From the NCBI GenBank assembly GCA_040954595.2, contig CM082584.2:8881146-8945145 (forward strand): 64,000 bases of DNA, read 5' to 3'. Shown one piece after another: positions 39,431-55,000 of the stretch. How positions within the stretch are numbered: position 1 is the stretch's first letter; every line of letters starts with the position of its first letter. This DNA is from Balanoglossus misakiensis (Eukaryota > Animalia > Hemichordata). The translations under genes and the position numbers were made by a program. Under the pieces are notes generated by a model. That model did no database searches, was not told the origin of the DNA, and saw only the letters and a list, made by a program, of their open reading frames with translations.

Positions 39431-42400
39431 ACCGCAATAGTTTCACAGTCATGTATCAACAGCAGGAAAAGTAACCGACATGATTAGACGGGTCAATGGA
39501 CTAATTTACCAGACTAATTAGTTAGTTACCATCTGGTTAGGTTCCCTGCTTGAAAAGAAGCGCTGTCTGAGCCTATTCTGAAACAAAAGAAGTAAAGACG
39601 TTTGTCTAAAAGACTTCCTCATTGTAACCCCCCCCCCCCCCCCCGGTTTTTGCAATGCTCAAAATAAAAGCAAAACTTAATCGTTGGGTGTTATATTTCA
39701 CAGAAGGATTCCTTCACTCAGGGTTGTAGGTATGAGATGTGTAATCTGGCAAAATTCCCATATGACGGCTGCACACACACACTGTGGTGTTGGTGATGTA
39801 CATGCATCTAGCATAATCGTTTACTGGCCAAATAGCCGTGTAGTGTTACAACTACTCAACATACCTCAAGTACCCTGGATTTCACAAGACAACATGCACA
39901 TTTGCCTAACGAACTACACTCTTGTACTCACATATCCAAAGACCAGAAAAATCAGATTTTTTTCTGGGAAATAAACATGTCTGAAAAAAAAAGTTGACTT
40001 TATTCCTTATGATTATCTTTACAATCACCTGTTCAGGTGGATATACAGTAGTCTGATAATAAAGGCAGAAATCAATGCTCCAGACATAATCAATACGCAA
40101 TCAATAGATCACAAAGACTTGTTTTTAATTTCATTTTAAAAGAAATGAAAGGTTCAACCTAAAGGTGTAAATTTGTCATTCAACTTTATTGGCATTTTTC
40201 ATACGAGAAGTTAATTATATTCTAAAAGCTGTTGTAGGCTCATCCGAATATGTGTGAGGTTTTAGATTCCACAAATGGGTTTGAAACACCTTTGGTATTT
40301 TGCAATTTGAATTTAATTAAAAGGAACACTTCCTCAGATCAGGGTGGTCTACGGGGATTGATAGCTTTCATGTCAAGCTTTTGTATTCATATAGACTGTA
40401 CTTTGATACAAGAAAGAAGATCTGTTTGGCTTATGTACTGTAGAGCGCAGATAAAGTGTAGCAATCTTTAAATAAAAAATCACATACAGTACAGCTATGT
40501 CAAAACTTGCTCAGGTGATAAGTAATTGGTTTGATATTTACTGATGATAGCTGACCCATCCTTTCAAGAGACAAATCAATTGACGCGACTGATTTCATTA
40601 AGAGGAAATCAATTCTTATCAATTACTGATTACCGACACCTATTCTTACGACCGCCATGCACTTTTAGGATCTTCTGACGAAAACACAAACACCACAATG
40701 ACTTGAATTCTCATAAATTATGCATCAGTTGTAATCATTTGGAAAATGTAGATAGTAATTATGCAAAGTATAGTAAATAATGATTTTACGATAACCTTAT
40801 TTTTTGTCTCAGTGATTATATTTTTACCACAACTTCTTTGAAGAACATAATTTCTTAAAACTTTGGAAATGGTGACTGTTATGATTGAGAAAATGACCGA
40901 CTGAACGGTGATCGGATATTATTTGTATAATTATTTGGAGAATCTTTGGAATTTTTCTGACCGCAAAGATGAACATCAAATGGTTTCAGTATCATTGTCT
41001 GTATAACTGTAGTCTGTCAGCTTACAAGTACATTTGTATTGTATTTCCATTAAATAAATTAAAGTATTTTCTGTAAAGGATAATTAAGTATCAGAAAATT
41101 TCCTTCACCAATTGCAGGGATTTTTTCTCTCACTATATATTATAACGTTTAAGTTTGACCCAGGAGCGAAGAATGCCAATAATGTCCAGTGCAGTCACCT
41201 GCAAAGTTGAGTGGTTATGCAATACAGTCACAACAGCCACTGAGTTCTGTTACTTGTCCTTGGATCAATGCAAACATTGCTGACAATGGCCGACTAAATA
41301 AACCAACAAAAGCACCTGATGGGTGAACAGGTAGCATAGGTCCCCCCCCCCCCCCCCCTCAAATGCTGACATGTATTGATTCGATCACGGATGTTGGAAG
41401 CATCTGTGATGGGAACTGCACTGTACTGCCTTTAGAATCCGAGGAATGTTACAGAATGTGCATTTACTACAAATGAAATCCTAACAAGACGTTGAAAGTT
41501 TTACGAAAGTGATAATGTTGTGATGAACTGGGGAAAATGTCAGTCCAACGTTGAAACTATATTAGGAATAAGCCAAGAAGTGTGCGTGAAAGAGTTACAG
41601 AAAGCTCATATTCCTTGTGTTTGTTAAAAACACATGATCTACAATCTTGGAAAATGTGTCAGAAAGAATTAAGATACTTTATGGTCCTCAGTAATGCAAT
41701 AGAACCTTGAAGAGATCTCATTAATAAGGAAAGTGACCCCCCAAATATTTGCATTCAGTCCCTAAAATGTTCTGCAGCCAATCAGAAGAGAGTGCATTTA
41801 GTCTGTGAAGTAACCATGATCCGAGACTACCATTGAAACCAGTCTTGAAAGTATTCTGTCACATACTTGCCATGTTTTGAATCTATTCAGGAGCAAATGC
41901 CAGACAGGGAAAGATATTTCTGTTACCTTTCTGCTTGGGTTGCAAAAGTCTTTACGCAAAGAATGTGGCACTTTGTTGTCAGTTGCTGAGAGACCCAACT
42001 GATATGCCTCCAGTTCGTGTTTCCCCCTTTGATATTTTGTAATTTCATCTTCGTCTCTTTTGGAGGACCTTGTGGCAGAAACTGATGATGGCTGCAAGGA
42101 GAGTCTGAGAGAGAAATTTCAAACAAAGTATAGTGATGGTTTTCGGTGAAATCAAATCTGTTTTGTCTGAGTGTTTTAGAAATGTGGAGAGGTGTAATGT
42201 AAATATGATTAATGAAGTTGGCAATGGATAAGCCATGTGTTCTGGAAATCGGGTACCACTGTGTTTGTGAAGTCAAAATTGGAAATTCCTTCCAAGGTCT
42301 ATGGTTGGAATTCATGAAAGTGGTGTTTGATATTACAGCTGTGGGGATGATGGTCTTGATATTGGCCTATAGTTTTTGCGCTTGTGTTTATGATGGGATG

Positions 42401-45400
42401 ACATATGAAATAACATACTATCTAGTTTGCCCACAGGCATCTGAAAAACACTGCTGGGTAGCCTGATTCAACCCATAAACAGAAAGACAGTGAGAAAATA
42501 TGGAAGCCATGGACAGACAACGATAAATTTCCACTGATGAAAGTTCAGCTCCTAGGTCAGGTCTTTTTGTGCAATTCAAAGTTTCTTTTACTGTGAATTG
42601 TGATCAATAATTGAGGAAGTTCTGAGTAATTACAGGAAAACTTGTCAAGACAAAAGAACCCTTTGTACTGAGTAAGTGGGAGCGTTTAAGTGATTACTGC
42701 AGGGCCTTTACTGAAAGCCTAAATAAGAGCTGAAGTCAATATCCGTGGGCAAAGTCTGTGTGTAGATCACATTGTAAACCAATACATCATTTAATTTTCT
42801 TAAGCTTGGAAATGAATGGTTTGCACTCCAAGTCTTGTGTCCACTTCACTGATTGGAAGTCGCTCAATGCCGCCAGAGAAAACATCAGTAAACTGTGGGA
42901 AAACGAACAACAAAGGGGTTATTGCCGGAATTGTGAGAGTCAGTTTCAATGGTTTTGTGGAAAGATCTGGAACCGAGCACCGCGGTTGTTGACATGGAAA
43001 CCCTAACATTGTCATGATACGGGGGAATGGTGTTATGATAAGTGAACGGTCGGAATTTCTAAATAATGACGGAGTGATTACTGGTGAGAGATTTGTGATC
43101 AAAACTGTGAATGGGGTGGAGAGTTGGGGAGGGGGGGGGGGAAATACAGCATGAAACATCGCGCATGATCCAGCAACCCAACCAGCCCACCATGACTACA
43201 ATTATTGCAGCTAATAGCCTTGCATCTCTTACTGGCAGTGGCTGTGGCAAAAGAGAGAGCAAGAACAGACAGACACTGCTCAGCATGCGTTCTAAGATGA
43301 CAGAAAATGTTCAGCCTCCCTCCAAGCATCGAAGGACACTCGTGGCAAGGGATGTTGTACATTTACTCTATAGACCCAGTCTTTGTGGCCACTCATTTGG
43401 AAATGTTTCTCCTGGGGAGTGATTTGAAGGTTTGAATAGCGCCCCAAGTCATGTCTATCACCAAGCATGTAAATTGTAAATACCCTCCGACAGAATTTTC
43501 GTTTACTTCGGATTGTATGCTCCAGTGAATCGTCTCCTAATAGAATTTTTTTTTCTTCGCAAACTTCGCTTTCAAGAAAGTCTCTGTTTAGTTTAAAGGA
43601 TTAGAGATTTTAAATTAAAAGAAAATAGAATTGTGTAAATGTCAATTTTGACTGTGGCAGTTGGGTTTCTGTGAAATCTGATGAATAAAGGCTATTTGTG
43701 ACGCATGTCATTTGATTCATGGCGTTGTCATTCAACTTAGAGAATTACTGGTCTGTCAGTTTGCCAAAAATTAAACCTGTCACCAGATTAGATAAATCGG
43801 CACGCCAAAGCTAGTACATGTACATGCAATAAATAATTTATTATAAAGAGTTTGTTTGACATGGGACATTATTTTATTGCTGTAATTTTCCAAATGTAAA
43901 TAGAAATATTTGAGAAGGGACTAGAACAGGAATAAATTGACATTTGTTTCTGGGTGATGGCCGAGTGGTTGGCAGTTGTCACATAATTAATAACTTCATA
44001 CTGGGTTTCCAAAATCAGAACTAAAAATGCAACTTGGTTAATGTTATACCTGATGACAGAAAATCGCAAAGTGTGTGCGTACATGTAAGTGGATAGTCTG
44101 CTCTTGTACCGTACTGTCACAGTGTGTATACTCTCTGATCTGACTTTTAATAATGAAGCGTTGAAGTTGATCCCCGGTTGCCATGCTCCTTCAGAAGCTC
44201 TCTCCTGATCTTGTGACCCGGTGCTTTTTAGACTCTTTTGTGGCGGACGGTCGTGCATGGCTGAATGCCATTGCAAACATCGTTACACCGCTAAACAATT
44301 ACCAGTGCCAATTCAGTGCACACCCTTACCAATGTGCCAATTCAGTGGAGACATGGGATTAAACTATTTAGCCGGGCGATGTTGAGTTTCGCTGTTAAAC
44401 ATGGCAAGCTAATACCAGTTCAAAAGCTTGTCACCAGCAAACATCTCATTCTTGACTGCGTCTTTGTGGAGTGTCCAGCCACCCTGTGCTGGCTATTTTC
44501 AAGTGATGTGGTGTGTGCTGTTAGTGTGCGTAGTGTTTTAACTTTCCCATCAGAGAATTCCCATATGAGTATAACTAATTAATTATCAAGCTGATTAAGA
44601 TATGTATATAATGTAATCAAAAATTGCATAATAGAAATATATTTAGTAATACACGTAGCAATTATGTTAAATCATTCTAAAAAAGACAAATGGATTCTGG
44701 ACTTCTGAAAGCCTTTACTCTCATCAGATGTTTATATGGAGCTCAGCCATTCACAAGTTGCAATTTGCATTGAAACTCACGGTTCATGCACTTCGATTGT
44801 TCTTGGCCGATAAAAAAAGTACATTTGCTTCTTGTATAGCGGGTTTGTAAACATGGGCCGAGACGGTCTTGCCACCTTCAAATGAATCTCGGCGTTCTAG
44901 TCCTCTGCGGAAAATAACGAGAATATCCCTCAGGCTATCGAGTGGTACGTACATGTATTAAGACGTATTGTAGTAATAGAATTTCGATACATTGATTTGC
45001 AGACACTCTGTGGTGTACAGTCAAGCTGTGTTTTCACTATATCCACTACGGAAACTCGGCTCCAAATAGAACATAGTCATATTCTAGTTCTGTCTTTCAG
45101 TCGCAGAATAGATGCACTCTGAAGATTGATAAAAAAGACCGTGCGTAGTTCGTAAATTGTGAAGAGCTTGGGTCTCTCAGGGCATTTGGATAGAAATCTT
45201 AAAATGCTTTAAAAAGAGACTGTTTTGAATGGCTGGTCGAGTGGACCATGCTTTCAAAGATCTGCTGGGACGGCTACTTGTTAGTCAACAGCTGCGGAGT
45301 AGCTTTAGAACAACTGGAATAAAAGATTTCGCTCTGACTGTGTGTGGCTTGCATATAAATGCTTGGACTTTCTTTGCCACATGTACAGTGTGAAAGAGGT

Positions 45401-48400
45401 CTTCTTTCGGTGAATTTAGCATCTAAGAAGCTAGACATGATTCTCCACTAGACTGAAAATAAGCACATGTTTTGTCAAACGCGTGTGCTGTTGATTAAAG
45501 CCCAAGAAACTATGATAACTTTTGGCTGTTTTTCCCCATATCAACTCTGGTGTTCAATTAGTATGGCTTTATTAGGTAACCATGGAGGCATATGAAGGTT
45601 GCCAGGGAATAGATCCTGTGCTGTCAAATTTTTCGATGATGACACACTGGTCGATGGCTCCTGCTGATTGGGTAATCCTGGGGGAACATATTATGGTATA
45701 TATACCATTGCCTTTTTTGGAAATGACCAAGATTGATTACTGCTGGTTATTACCATTCAAATACCCAACTCTGACTATTCCTCTCACAGCTTATATGCAT
45801 ATTTTCACATAGGCTGTACCATATGTTCCATGTATTTATCATTCCTGCATGCATGTTTAGTGGAACTGCATTTGTGTTTTGTATTGCTAGAGCCTATTTT
45901 CTATTAAAATACCATTGGTCTGTTTATTTTGACTTATTTCAGCAGTAGTATTTTTTACTTTCAGAAATAATTGCATATCATTGCCTTGCGAAATTGCGCC
46001 ATATTATGTATCTATAATGACCAAGTTCTGCTGCACGAATACATGTACCTCCATGGTAGGGGAAACCTGACCTTTGACATAGTAGAGTGACTTTTGACCC
46101 CTTACAACAGAAGTACGATATATCTCTGTGCAAAATAGATAATATAAGCATTACCACTAGAACACTGACCAGTTGCTGGGATTAGTCTTGGAGGATTACA
46201 AAAGACTGCCTAATTTGTTTATTGAAATCATTAAAAGTTACAGGGCCAGATCATGAGGTTAAATTATCTCTACTTCATGTGGCACAATCTAACCATTGAG
46301 AAAGATTGATTGTCTGTTTATGATATTATCTGATTATTTCAGTGCCAACAGATATTATAAACATTATGTATAACCTGTAAAGTTCTGGAAATCATTGCTT
46401 ATGTGTATTCACACTGCTGTAGTGTCAGTTTCTTGGTTTCAATAGTTCATATTGCTAGTTTTGTTTGGATTAAAAGAAAATTATGCAAACACATGTCATG
46501 TAGGCTGTAAGAGTGGTTTCAAGTTCTGTATTGCATGTACATACTCTTCATTCATTGCTTGCTTGCTTTAGGAGGAATGAAATATAATGCCAATCTTGAA
46601 CCGCGGGCGTCGGTGGGTACACCTTTTATTTGATTAGCATCATTATTCCAGCATATGTTTGGTTGATGTGCACCAGTCAGATATAGCCGGAGGTATGCTA
46701 AATGACATAAACTGCACTGACCCATGTCTTCAGATTATGATGAATGCATACCGAGTGCACTAAATATCACGGAGACTTACCCCTGTTGTGGACTGAGAGA
46801 CCGGTTGTGTACATGTCCAGTCATCCGTGTGTTGTATACCGGGAGAAGTTGGAGTGTGTATACAAGCAAATACCAGAAAGAATTAGATTTGACATTGAAT
46901 GCAGACTGTCGACGTATCATTCTTCAGTTGCAATTTGAGACAAGATAAAACTGGCGTAAAATGCCCAAACTGGTCAACAGTGTTTTTAGACATTGTGCGT
47001 TGAAACATAGACAGTCTTACATGTAGGTTGAAATCGTCAGTGCACTCTGCTTATCTGTGTCAGCAATGATGAAGTGCTATTGGAGACTATATGGTCTTTC
47101 GGAATGCTGTTTGTGTGATGGGGTGGGGGTGGGAGGGGTGTTTTTTCTTATTCATCCCCTACAGAGGATAGGGGTGACTTGAACAGGTGCAAAGCACCTC
47201 TACGAAGACAGACCTCCATTATGCATTTTACTCCCACATGGGGAGGTTAAGTACCTTAACGAGGACACACCACCACCAGAAAAACAAAGCTGAGTGTACA
47301 AGGATGCCAAGTTAAGAGATAAACGCTTTGAGTTGCAGAGTTATAGTTAGAACTTAGATTACAGCAAATCATCCAGCGCAAGGATGTAACGTTTTACCGC
47401 ATATCGCAATGACCCGTCCGGCAAATGCCGGAAACTGAAAGTATCCTCCTTGTGATAAAGTGGTATTTTTAGCCAGTTTAGATGGTTGCACTGTGACGTC
47501 AACGATATGGTTGTCACGCGTTCTGCTGATTGCTCTCCTTGACAAAATGAGGACACGCATCTCCAGAATTGAACCCATATCACCAAGACAGAGTTTTATC
47601 TCGTGTAGCTGTTACCAGACACAGATAAAACATTCAGTAGAAGATATCCAAAGTCTGGATTTATCAACAAATGTGTTTGGAAGCTCACGACTTCTCCAGA
47701 AGATAGTTATAGCCTAGCCCCAGTCATGAAATGTATATCGTTCAGTCATTTGGTAGAAATCTATGGCTAAGGCTTTACTGAGAGATACCTGTGGTTGGAT
47801 TTTAATACTGCGGACGCAATCTGTATGAGTTCGAATGGGGATGGGACTGAGTGAGTTCCCGTCCTCCTTTGACCACCCACTCCTGTGGAATAATCCCTCC
47901 CTATCATCCCGGATTAACCCATTGACTGTCATTGTCCGGTCTTGCCAGTCAATAGTCTGGAATGCAGACTTCCGTGGAGTTTTCTGTGTCTAATAAAAAA
48001 CTTTGCATAGTCTGGTGAAGGACTTAATTGGGTGTGGAGTGATGTCATGTTTGATCCAGCCAGCAAAATGGTCTCTAGGTTTCTGTTTGTCAAACAAAGT
48101 ATTTCACAACAGAGAAATACAAGCAAATTGATACTCATCGTTATATCCACCTACGTGTACCAGATACACCAAATATGGTTTGAGACTAAACCTTCCCTGC
48201 CTAAGCAACCGTTATCTCGTTACTATGGAAATAGAGACTGTCAAACTGGTCAATTATGAGCACTGATACAGATAGTCCTCGAATCATTAATTCATGTAGG
48301 GGTGGTGGTGGTAAAGATTTGTTCTTTGCGTGCGTCAAAGATTTGCTCTTTGAGTGCGTCACTGGGTGATAAGGACCTTGTACATCAACAGTGTGAAATG

Positions 48401-48709
48401 ACAAAAGGTTAACAGATCATGTAAATATAAATAAGAAACAAAACTTGGCATGAGCATTTAGGCCTTTAACTAACTTCATGTGAGTTTTCATGAAAATGAA
48501 TTTCAATCAGTCATTTTGGTCGCAATTGAATTACAGTGCGAGAACATCAGACGCACCTCGCTCTGTCTCATTTGTTCCTTTTAATGCTCTGACAATTTCC
48601 TTCAATTAGAATGTGAAGCCACGGTTTTCCCCAAGGTGACACTCTTGTAAATAGTCGCTGTTTAAGCAGATGCTACTTTCTGTCTAATGGGTCTATGAAC
48701 TTCAAGAGT

Positions 48710-49049
48710 TCACGATCAGTCACGCACTGAATCCATCGTTTCCCCGGCTTTCTTCCTGACTTCGGTCGAAAATGGAGTCATTGATGACCGGCTTTTCCGC
48801 ACATTTGTCAGAAAATTGCATTGATCGTGAGGATGCAATCAGCACGAGCGATCTCTCGCTACAATTATAACGTCCTGGACGGAATATTGACTTGGAATAT
48901 CTGCTGTCTATCTCGTTTGCAGTGCTGTGCGGGAGTTGCTGGTAATTTGTCAATGTGTCACGGCCTTGATTTGACAGTTCGGTTCCCTGCGAAGTGAAGT
49001 CAAGCCGGCAAAGCACTCTGCAAGAGGAGATAGCAAGTACCCTTAAAAG
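48710..49049 (+). other. Candidate alternative first exon containing a 32-codon ORF
   Basis: Local CpG enrichment, donor AAG|GTAAGC at 49049/49050, ORF 48772-48870 with AAAATGG start context. Confidence 0.35.
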
Positions 49050-52000
49050 GTAAGCAGTTGTCTTATCTTTGTTTTTCCCCCCACAAAGCGTGAAAAGAAG
49101 TCTGTGTGTTTTATACTCCACTGCGGAACTATCGTCAGTGGCTGCCGTGGAGATAAAAGTTCTCTCCTAACAGAAGTAGTATCTTGTTTTTGGTGTCGAG
49201 ACTTCAATTTTGTGGTGCTTAGTCCATGCCGGCACTTTGGCAAAAGGTGATGTAAAGCAGAGCTGTACCTGCAGACAGAGACAGTTGTCATGGTAACTGT
49301 ATCTTTCAGAAGATACTGCTCCATTTAGATCACCATTTGCTCGAAATGTTGTTATTACCAAAACCTGTTGGATCTGTGCATCTGTCTGGTATGGACAGAT
49401 CGATTGTCTGTCTGTCGCAGTCGTGCGAGCGTTGCGCAAGCGTTTTCATCTGTGCTATCAGAACAACTGTCGACTGAAGTTAGATTTAGTGCCATCCCAG
49501 TGGTGTCTTCTCAACGAACAGGTGTCTACACGCTGAAAGGAATGTAAATCTACCTGATGTGATTTGTGCGCTCTGGGTACCAAATAGAAACCTTGCATTT
49601 TCCGACAGCACATTTCAAGTTGGCCTCACTATACTGTGTTGGTTGGACTTCACGATAACGATAAACCGGCACTTGATTGGCCGATGTTTGGCATGAGTAT
49701 AGTCCAATAAAGTTGTGTGTTATCAGAAATTTCTGATGATAACGCAGCTGGCTCAGATCAGCACATTTTTGGTTTGTCTTGTTTTAGCAGAAGCAGAGTT
49801 CAGAAAAAAATGGCATTTTGGGGATTAGAGTTGCGTGGCAAACAACCAAATTGGCCTCACCTCAGTCATCACACAATTTTCTAAACGTGATAACAGAGAG
49901 AAGAAATGTGGTGCTAATTTTAGGAATGCACAGTTTGTGATGATAAGGAGTTTATCACCCGGAGGCTGGTCAGCACTCCGTAACCAATAGCAACAAGTCA
50001 TGATGCCCACATGCCGAAGATAACCAAAATGAGATTATCAGTCAAACTGTCTGTAGTGGCAGCCTCACTGAATCTTTGGCTGTGTCTTGATTTCAAGAGT
50101 TCCCAAGCCACCAGTCCCTTTTCCACCGATCTGCTCAGTCGCAATCATGAAGGAGTTAATTTCTTCCATGTAGTTGAAAAATCAACATTAGCACAAACTC
50201 ACAAACACTCGCAGGAAACCCGGACCCAAACTGTTTATAGTAATGGCAGTAATCCAAGAGATTGTTGATGGTTAGCCAGGGGTATATGTCGTAATTGATT
50301 TCAGCAAACAGAATCCCAGAGTGATTCTACCTTGAACAATGCCAGACCATTGCTGCTTTCTTATCAGCTCAAAATGAGCACACACACACACACCTATTAT
50401 GGCCATTGTAGTTGATTGGTGTCATTCTCAGTAGAATGGTCGGTTTCAAAATAAAGCCATCCCTTGCACCGACAATGAGAGAAGCCAAGAGTCCAAGGGT
50501 ATAAAGACAGATCTGTAAAAGGTCAGTCGCGATTCTAAGCCGAAACGCCGACTATTGTCATCTTCTCTGTTGGCAAACCGCGACATCATGTTCCCTTTCA
50601 CTCAATTTCATTCAATCTTCTACTGTTGAGATGATTCTGATTGCGTGGCCCCGAGTCTGATTCGCCCTGAGGCATTTGTCTGATTTCATGATGTTACTCA
50701 GTTTGCTCCAAAGCCCGCAGTCATGTGCTTCAGTGTGGCTGGAACGTCCCAAATTTGATTTCTCAAACATTGCCTCAATCCAAAACAATTACCGGTAAAT
50801 CACATTTTCTTTGCAGTTTATTTTATGTAAACTTGCATGGGGACGATTGCTGTGTTCCAGGCAGTTTATGTCCGTACAATGAAAATCCGTGAATTTGATT
50901 CAACTTTTTGAACATTCTTGATCTCCACTTTGTACTGTATCAAATGACTATGACTGTGTGTTCTAGATTATTATTATAATGATGAAATGTTGCATGGTTT
51001 TTGCTCAGCATTTAACTGACGCACATTCTGGAATGTATTAACACAGCAGCACCTTGTATCATTTTCAAGTGAGAATTTTCCACTCTTATGTTTCCACTAA
51101 ACTATTATTTTAATTCATATCACATTTCTGACTGTTCCAGCTCCTACCATGATAGGGTCATCTTAGGCCAGAGTTCATGACCTCTCACTGGATTTCACCC
51201 CAAGTGTCCCCTGCTATTAGAGTTGCTTCGACTGTGATCTGGACATAGTTTACAGATCAGAGTTCATGTTGAGAATATCTGCTTTGACTTATGATAAAAT
51301 AGTGGTAATTACTGAATATAGTGTACCAGATTTCGTCAATGAAAGCCAAATTTTCACTTCACCAAATCTAGCTGACACATTGTAGGTGGGGCATTGTCAG
51401 CCGTTTTTCATTTGTGGGGTATATGTATACACTCAGAGGGATGTTTGGAATTAAAGTTTGATTGGCAATTTCCTTTCAACCAGTAGTTTGCAATCAGTGC
51501 AGCTAGCTTCTACCAGTTGTCCGTCATTACCCGAATGCACGGCTCACTTAGCTTGGCCAGTTCAGTCTGTTCTGGAAAAGTCCCTGTCGGAAGAGAAATT
51601 TCCGTCGTGCTCGAGTGTTGGAATATTTGAAATATTGATGGGTCACAATTTTTTTTCAAATTCACCTCACAGCTTTGATAAAGTGAAAGATATTTACCAG
51701 TGCTAATAATAATCCTGTCATAAATGACACTGCTCCATTAATTGCTCGGCCAAAACTTGACACTTCACTTAATTACAGATTTTTGGAAAACAATGGTTAG
51801 GCTTACAGAATGATAATCCTAATCTTAGTTTCCATGGAAATAAGAAGATATTACCACACTGACACTGTCCAGCCATTAGGATTGATTAATTCAATTTCCC
51901 AGGAGCGCGAAAAGTTAATTCTTTTTAAGGAGACATGCTTATATGGTGATTTGTGATTTGATATGGGAATTAGAGGTAAACTGCATGCACATTCCTATCT

Positions 52001-55000
52001 GCTTTGCCGAACACCAGATCCGTTGCGTATCGGTATCATGGTGCGGTACTGTGTGTAAATCGGAGATACAGATTCTTAAAAATCTTTTGATGTTATTCTT
52101 AAATCATCATTTTAAATATAAGCTCCATTTTTGGCTACCCTAGTGCGTTTAATTCATGCTGAGAGGATCTTATTGAGATTCCAACTCACAGAGTTGAAGC
52201 TGGTAAGATTCTTCACTGGTGCAAGACTGATTGAAATGTCACGGAATTCAATATTTTACTCGGAACGCTCATGTAAATTCCAGTTGCGTAATTTACAAAT
52301 CCCGAAGTCCGTTTTCCCGGAAATGAACGACAATTTGAAGTGATAAGTATTGCAAATGGCGCAGTAATAAAATTACCTTCCCGGCAAGATGGAAACCACT
52401 GATGTGGAAATTTCAAATTAAAAATTCCAGTGCAAAATGCTGGTTGCAATTGGGCGTTTTAAATATATCTTTGCAATGAAGCTTTAATAATCTAGTTAAA
52501 ACTCTAGTGTAAGCCATGTGAATAACAACTGCTAGGTTTCTGCCATTGTCAGAGGAAGTCAAATTGCATTTGGATCCTTTTCCATTATCTTCTTTATCGG
52601 ATGCGGAGAACTAAATGTATTTGCTGGAAATACACAAAATGAAATTTGCAGGTTGACACAGACTGGAATTCTTTATTTAGAAATTTCTGTGGCAGTTATT
52701 TCTAGCCCAAAGTTCGCAGTCTATTTTACAGGTAGGTAAGTTATAATTGAAGTCTTTTTCACATACATTGTACCTGTGATCCAAAACATTGTTTACATGT
52801 ACTGGTTTATATTGGCTGTACAACATAACCCTTCCATCCCCAACCCAATCTGTGTCATCACAGATACATTTTTTGGCAATAGCAGTGACATCATGCCCTC
52901 TGATCTAAGTGTCATGATCTCACCTGATTACCCATGATCCTCAGAAATTCCAAAAATATACTTCCCCTTCATTTGGATAATGTTTTCTGTGCCCTGTTTT
53001 ATATGTGTACACCCCCTTAAGCTGGTGACAAATGGTCGTTCCCCAGGCCCGCGGCCGAAATTCAATTTGTGTTACACTTCATGAAACATTCATAATATTT
53101 CAGCTGACAACTCCAGTGAAATTAAGTTGTTTAGAAAAGGCATATAATGCAATACATCAGCGGCCATCTCCTGGGGACCGTGGAAACCAGCTTGGGGGCA
53201 AGATAATGCATGGGCTGCAACTATGAAGTCTCAGTAGAACACTGGCAGACAGTTCTCCAACCTTGTAGCTATAACAGACAACTTTTAATGCATAGGGGCC
53301 ATTAATGATACTGCATGTTGTCCTAGGCAAATATGGGGTGGCTGGAACTCGTCAAGAGCAATACCATATGGATTCAGATCTATGCATGTGTGGAATGTTG
53401 GTGTTGGTGTAACTGCTCTGTGTTGAAGCAGAGATGATCATGGGGTTGGGAGGCTATTAAAGATGCATCGCCTTCACAAATACCAAAGAGAAAATTGAGA
53501 TACTGGGAAATCATCCATGGCGATAATGTATGGATACCTAAGTTAGTACTTTTTAATAAAATGATTAGATCCCGTTATATGCATGTAAGCATCATGAGCT
53601 ATTAGCGAAATGTGTGTGTCTGCGTGTCGGACGGTCTGCCCATGTGTCAGTATACATGTTTATGTCCCTTCATGTCATACTCAGTAATGTCATATTAACA
53701 CCTGCATGGATGGATGGATAGATGAATGAATGATAATCTATCAAATTCACAGCAATGATAATCTTCTTTCTGAATTAATTCACTCTTAAAATAACATTGA
53801 ACTGCAAATGTGAGAAATTAGCATTTTCAGTTGTGCTGTTTGCAGATACTGGCACTTGTAACCCCTGAAGGCAATTTATTACAGAAAGTTAATCCGTTGA
53901 AAACCGAGTGTGCAAATATCAAATATTTGCTCATGAAATGCATTTGGCTTTTTGAGATTGTGAAATGAGTGGAAAATTAATTTCTGCGGTAATATGTGAA
54001 ATGCATTTTTTTGTTCTGTGGATTAAATGAAATAGGATTGGAGGGGTGATTTGTCCGTTTGTTTGAATTGCATGGGAATAAGTCCATTTCTTTTATTCAT
54101 AAAATTGAAATACAATTGATTGAATTTGATGGAGGAAGGCGCGTTTCCGTGGGAGCCATTTAATGTGATTGTCTTTGGTAAAATGTTTCAATTTAAAGCG
54201 ATCGCCGGGTGTTGACAAGGCGTAAGCACTATACCTGTGCAGTGTGAACTGGGCATCTGTCATGTAGTTGATGTTCATGGTAGACGCGAGCTGACAGGTG
54301 CTGGTGTCGATTCGTCTGCGCCCATCACCCCTCGCCGTCATCAAATTGCATATTTGACAGTAAAAGGAATATATCTTCCTTGGGATGCAATTGAGATCGT
54401 GGTCTCAGTTCCTACTCTGAAAGCACAACTGAACTGTATCAGACTCGAACAGCTAAAACTCACTGCCCGGTAGACGCCGCAGCCTATAACCTGTCAACCG
54501 ACTAAGTATGTTTTGCGAGGTATTTATTCTGTTACACAGCCGTATTTGAACCGCTATTGACTATAAAAATGACAACTTTTTCCTCAAAAATTGGACGTTG
54601 TGAAGTGAATTTATGTGAAAGCCAAACAGACTCTGCAGCTGCATAAGATGTTGTATTCCCAGTGGTAAATTTTGTACTGATTTACAGCACACAGTGGGTG
54701 GACTTTATAAAAAGCTCTGCAACAAATTGTTCCAAGCCACCAGAAAGTCAGCTGAGTTGTAAATATAAAGTACCTTATCAGTCTGGTCATTCAATATTGA
54801 ATTTGACATTTTGTTAGTCCTGTGGTGGCAGGTTAGGCAGGTTATACTGCAATAACAAGAATCAAATGTTAGACTTGATATGTGTGTTCTGAAGAGTGAT
54901 ACCAATATAGAAAGTATTGTAGATGGTGAGAGTCATCTAATTTATTGCTGTAAAGTTTCACTGAAGGACTAAACTTGTGACCTTCGATAAATTAAACTCC

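Noticed and set aside
39628-39644. Poly-C/G runs here and near 23119, 30607, 41342, 43130 and 63068
   Set aside because: Scattered homopolymers with no positional pattern; lengths are unreliable in assemblies.
42758-44276. Cluster of 75-135 aa ORFs on both strands
   Set aside because: Low-complexity translations around a G run with no domain or exon structure.
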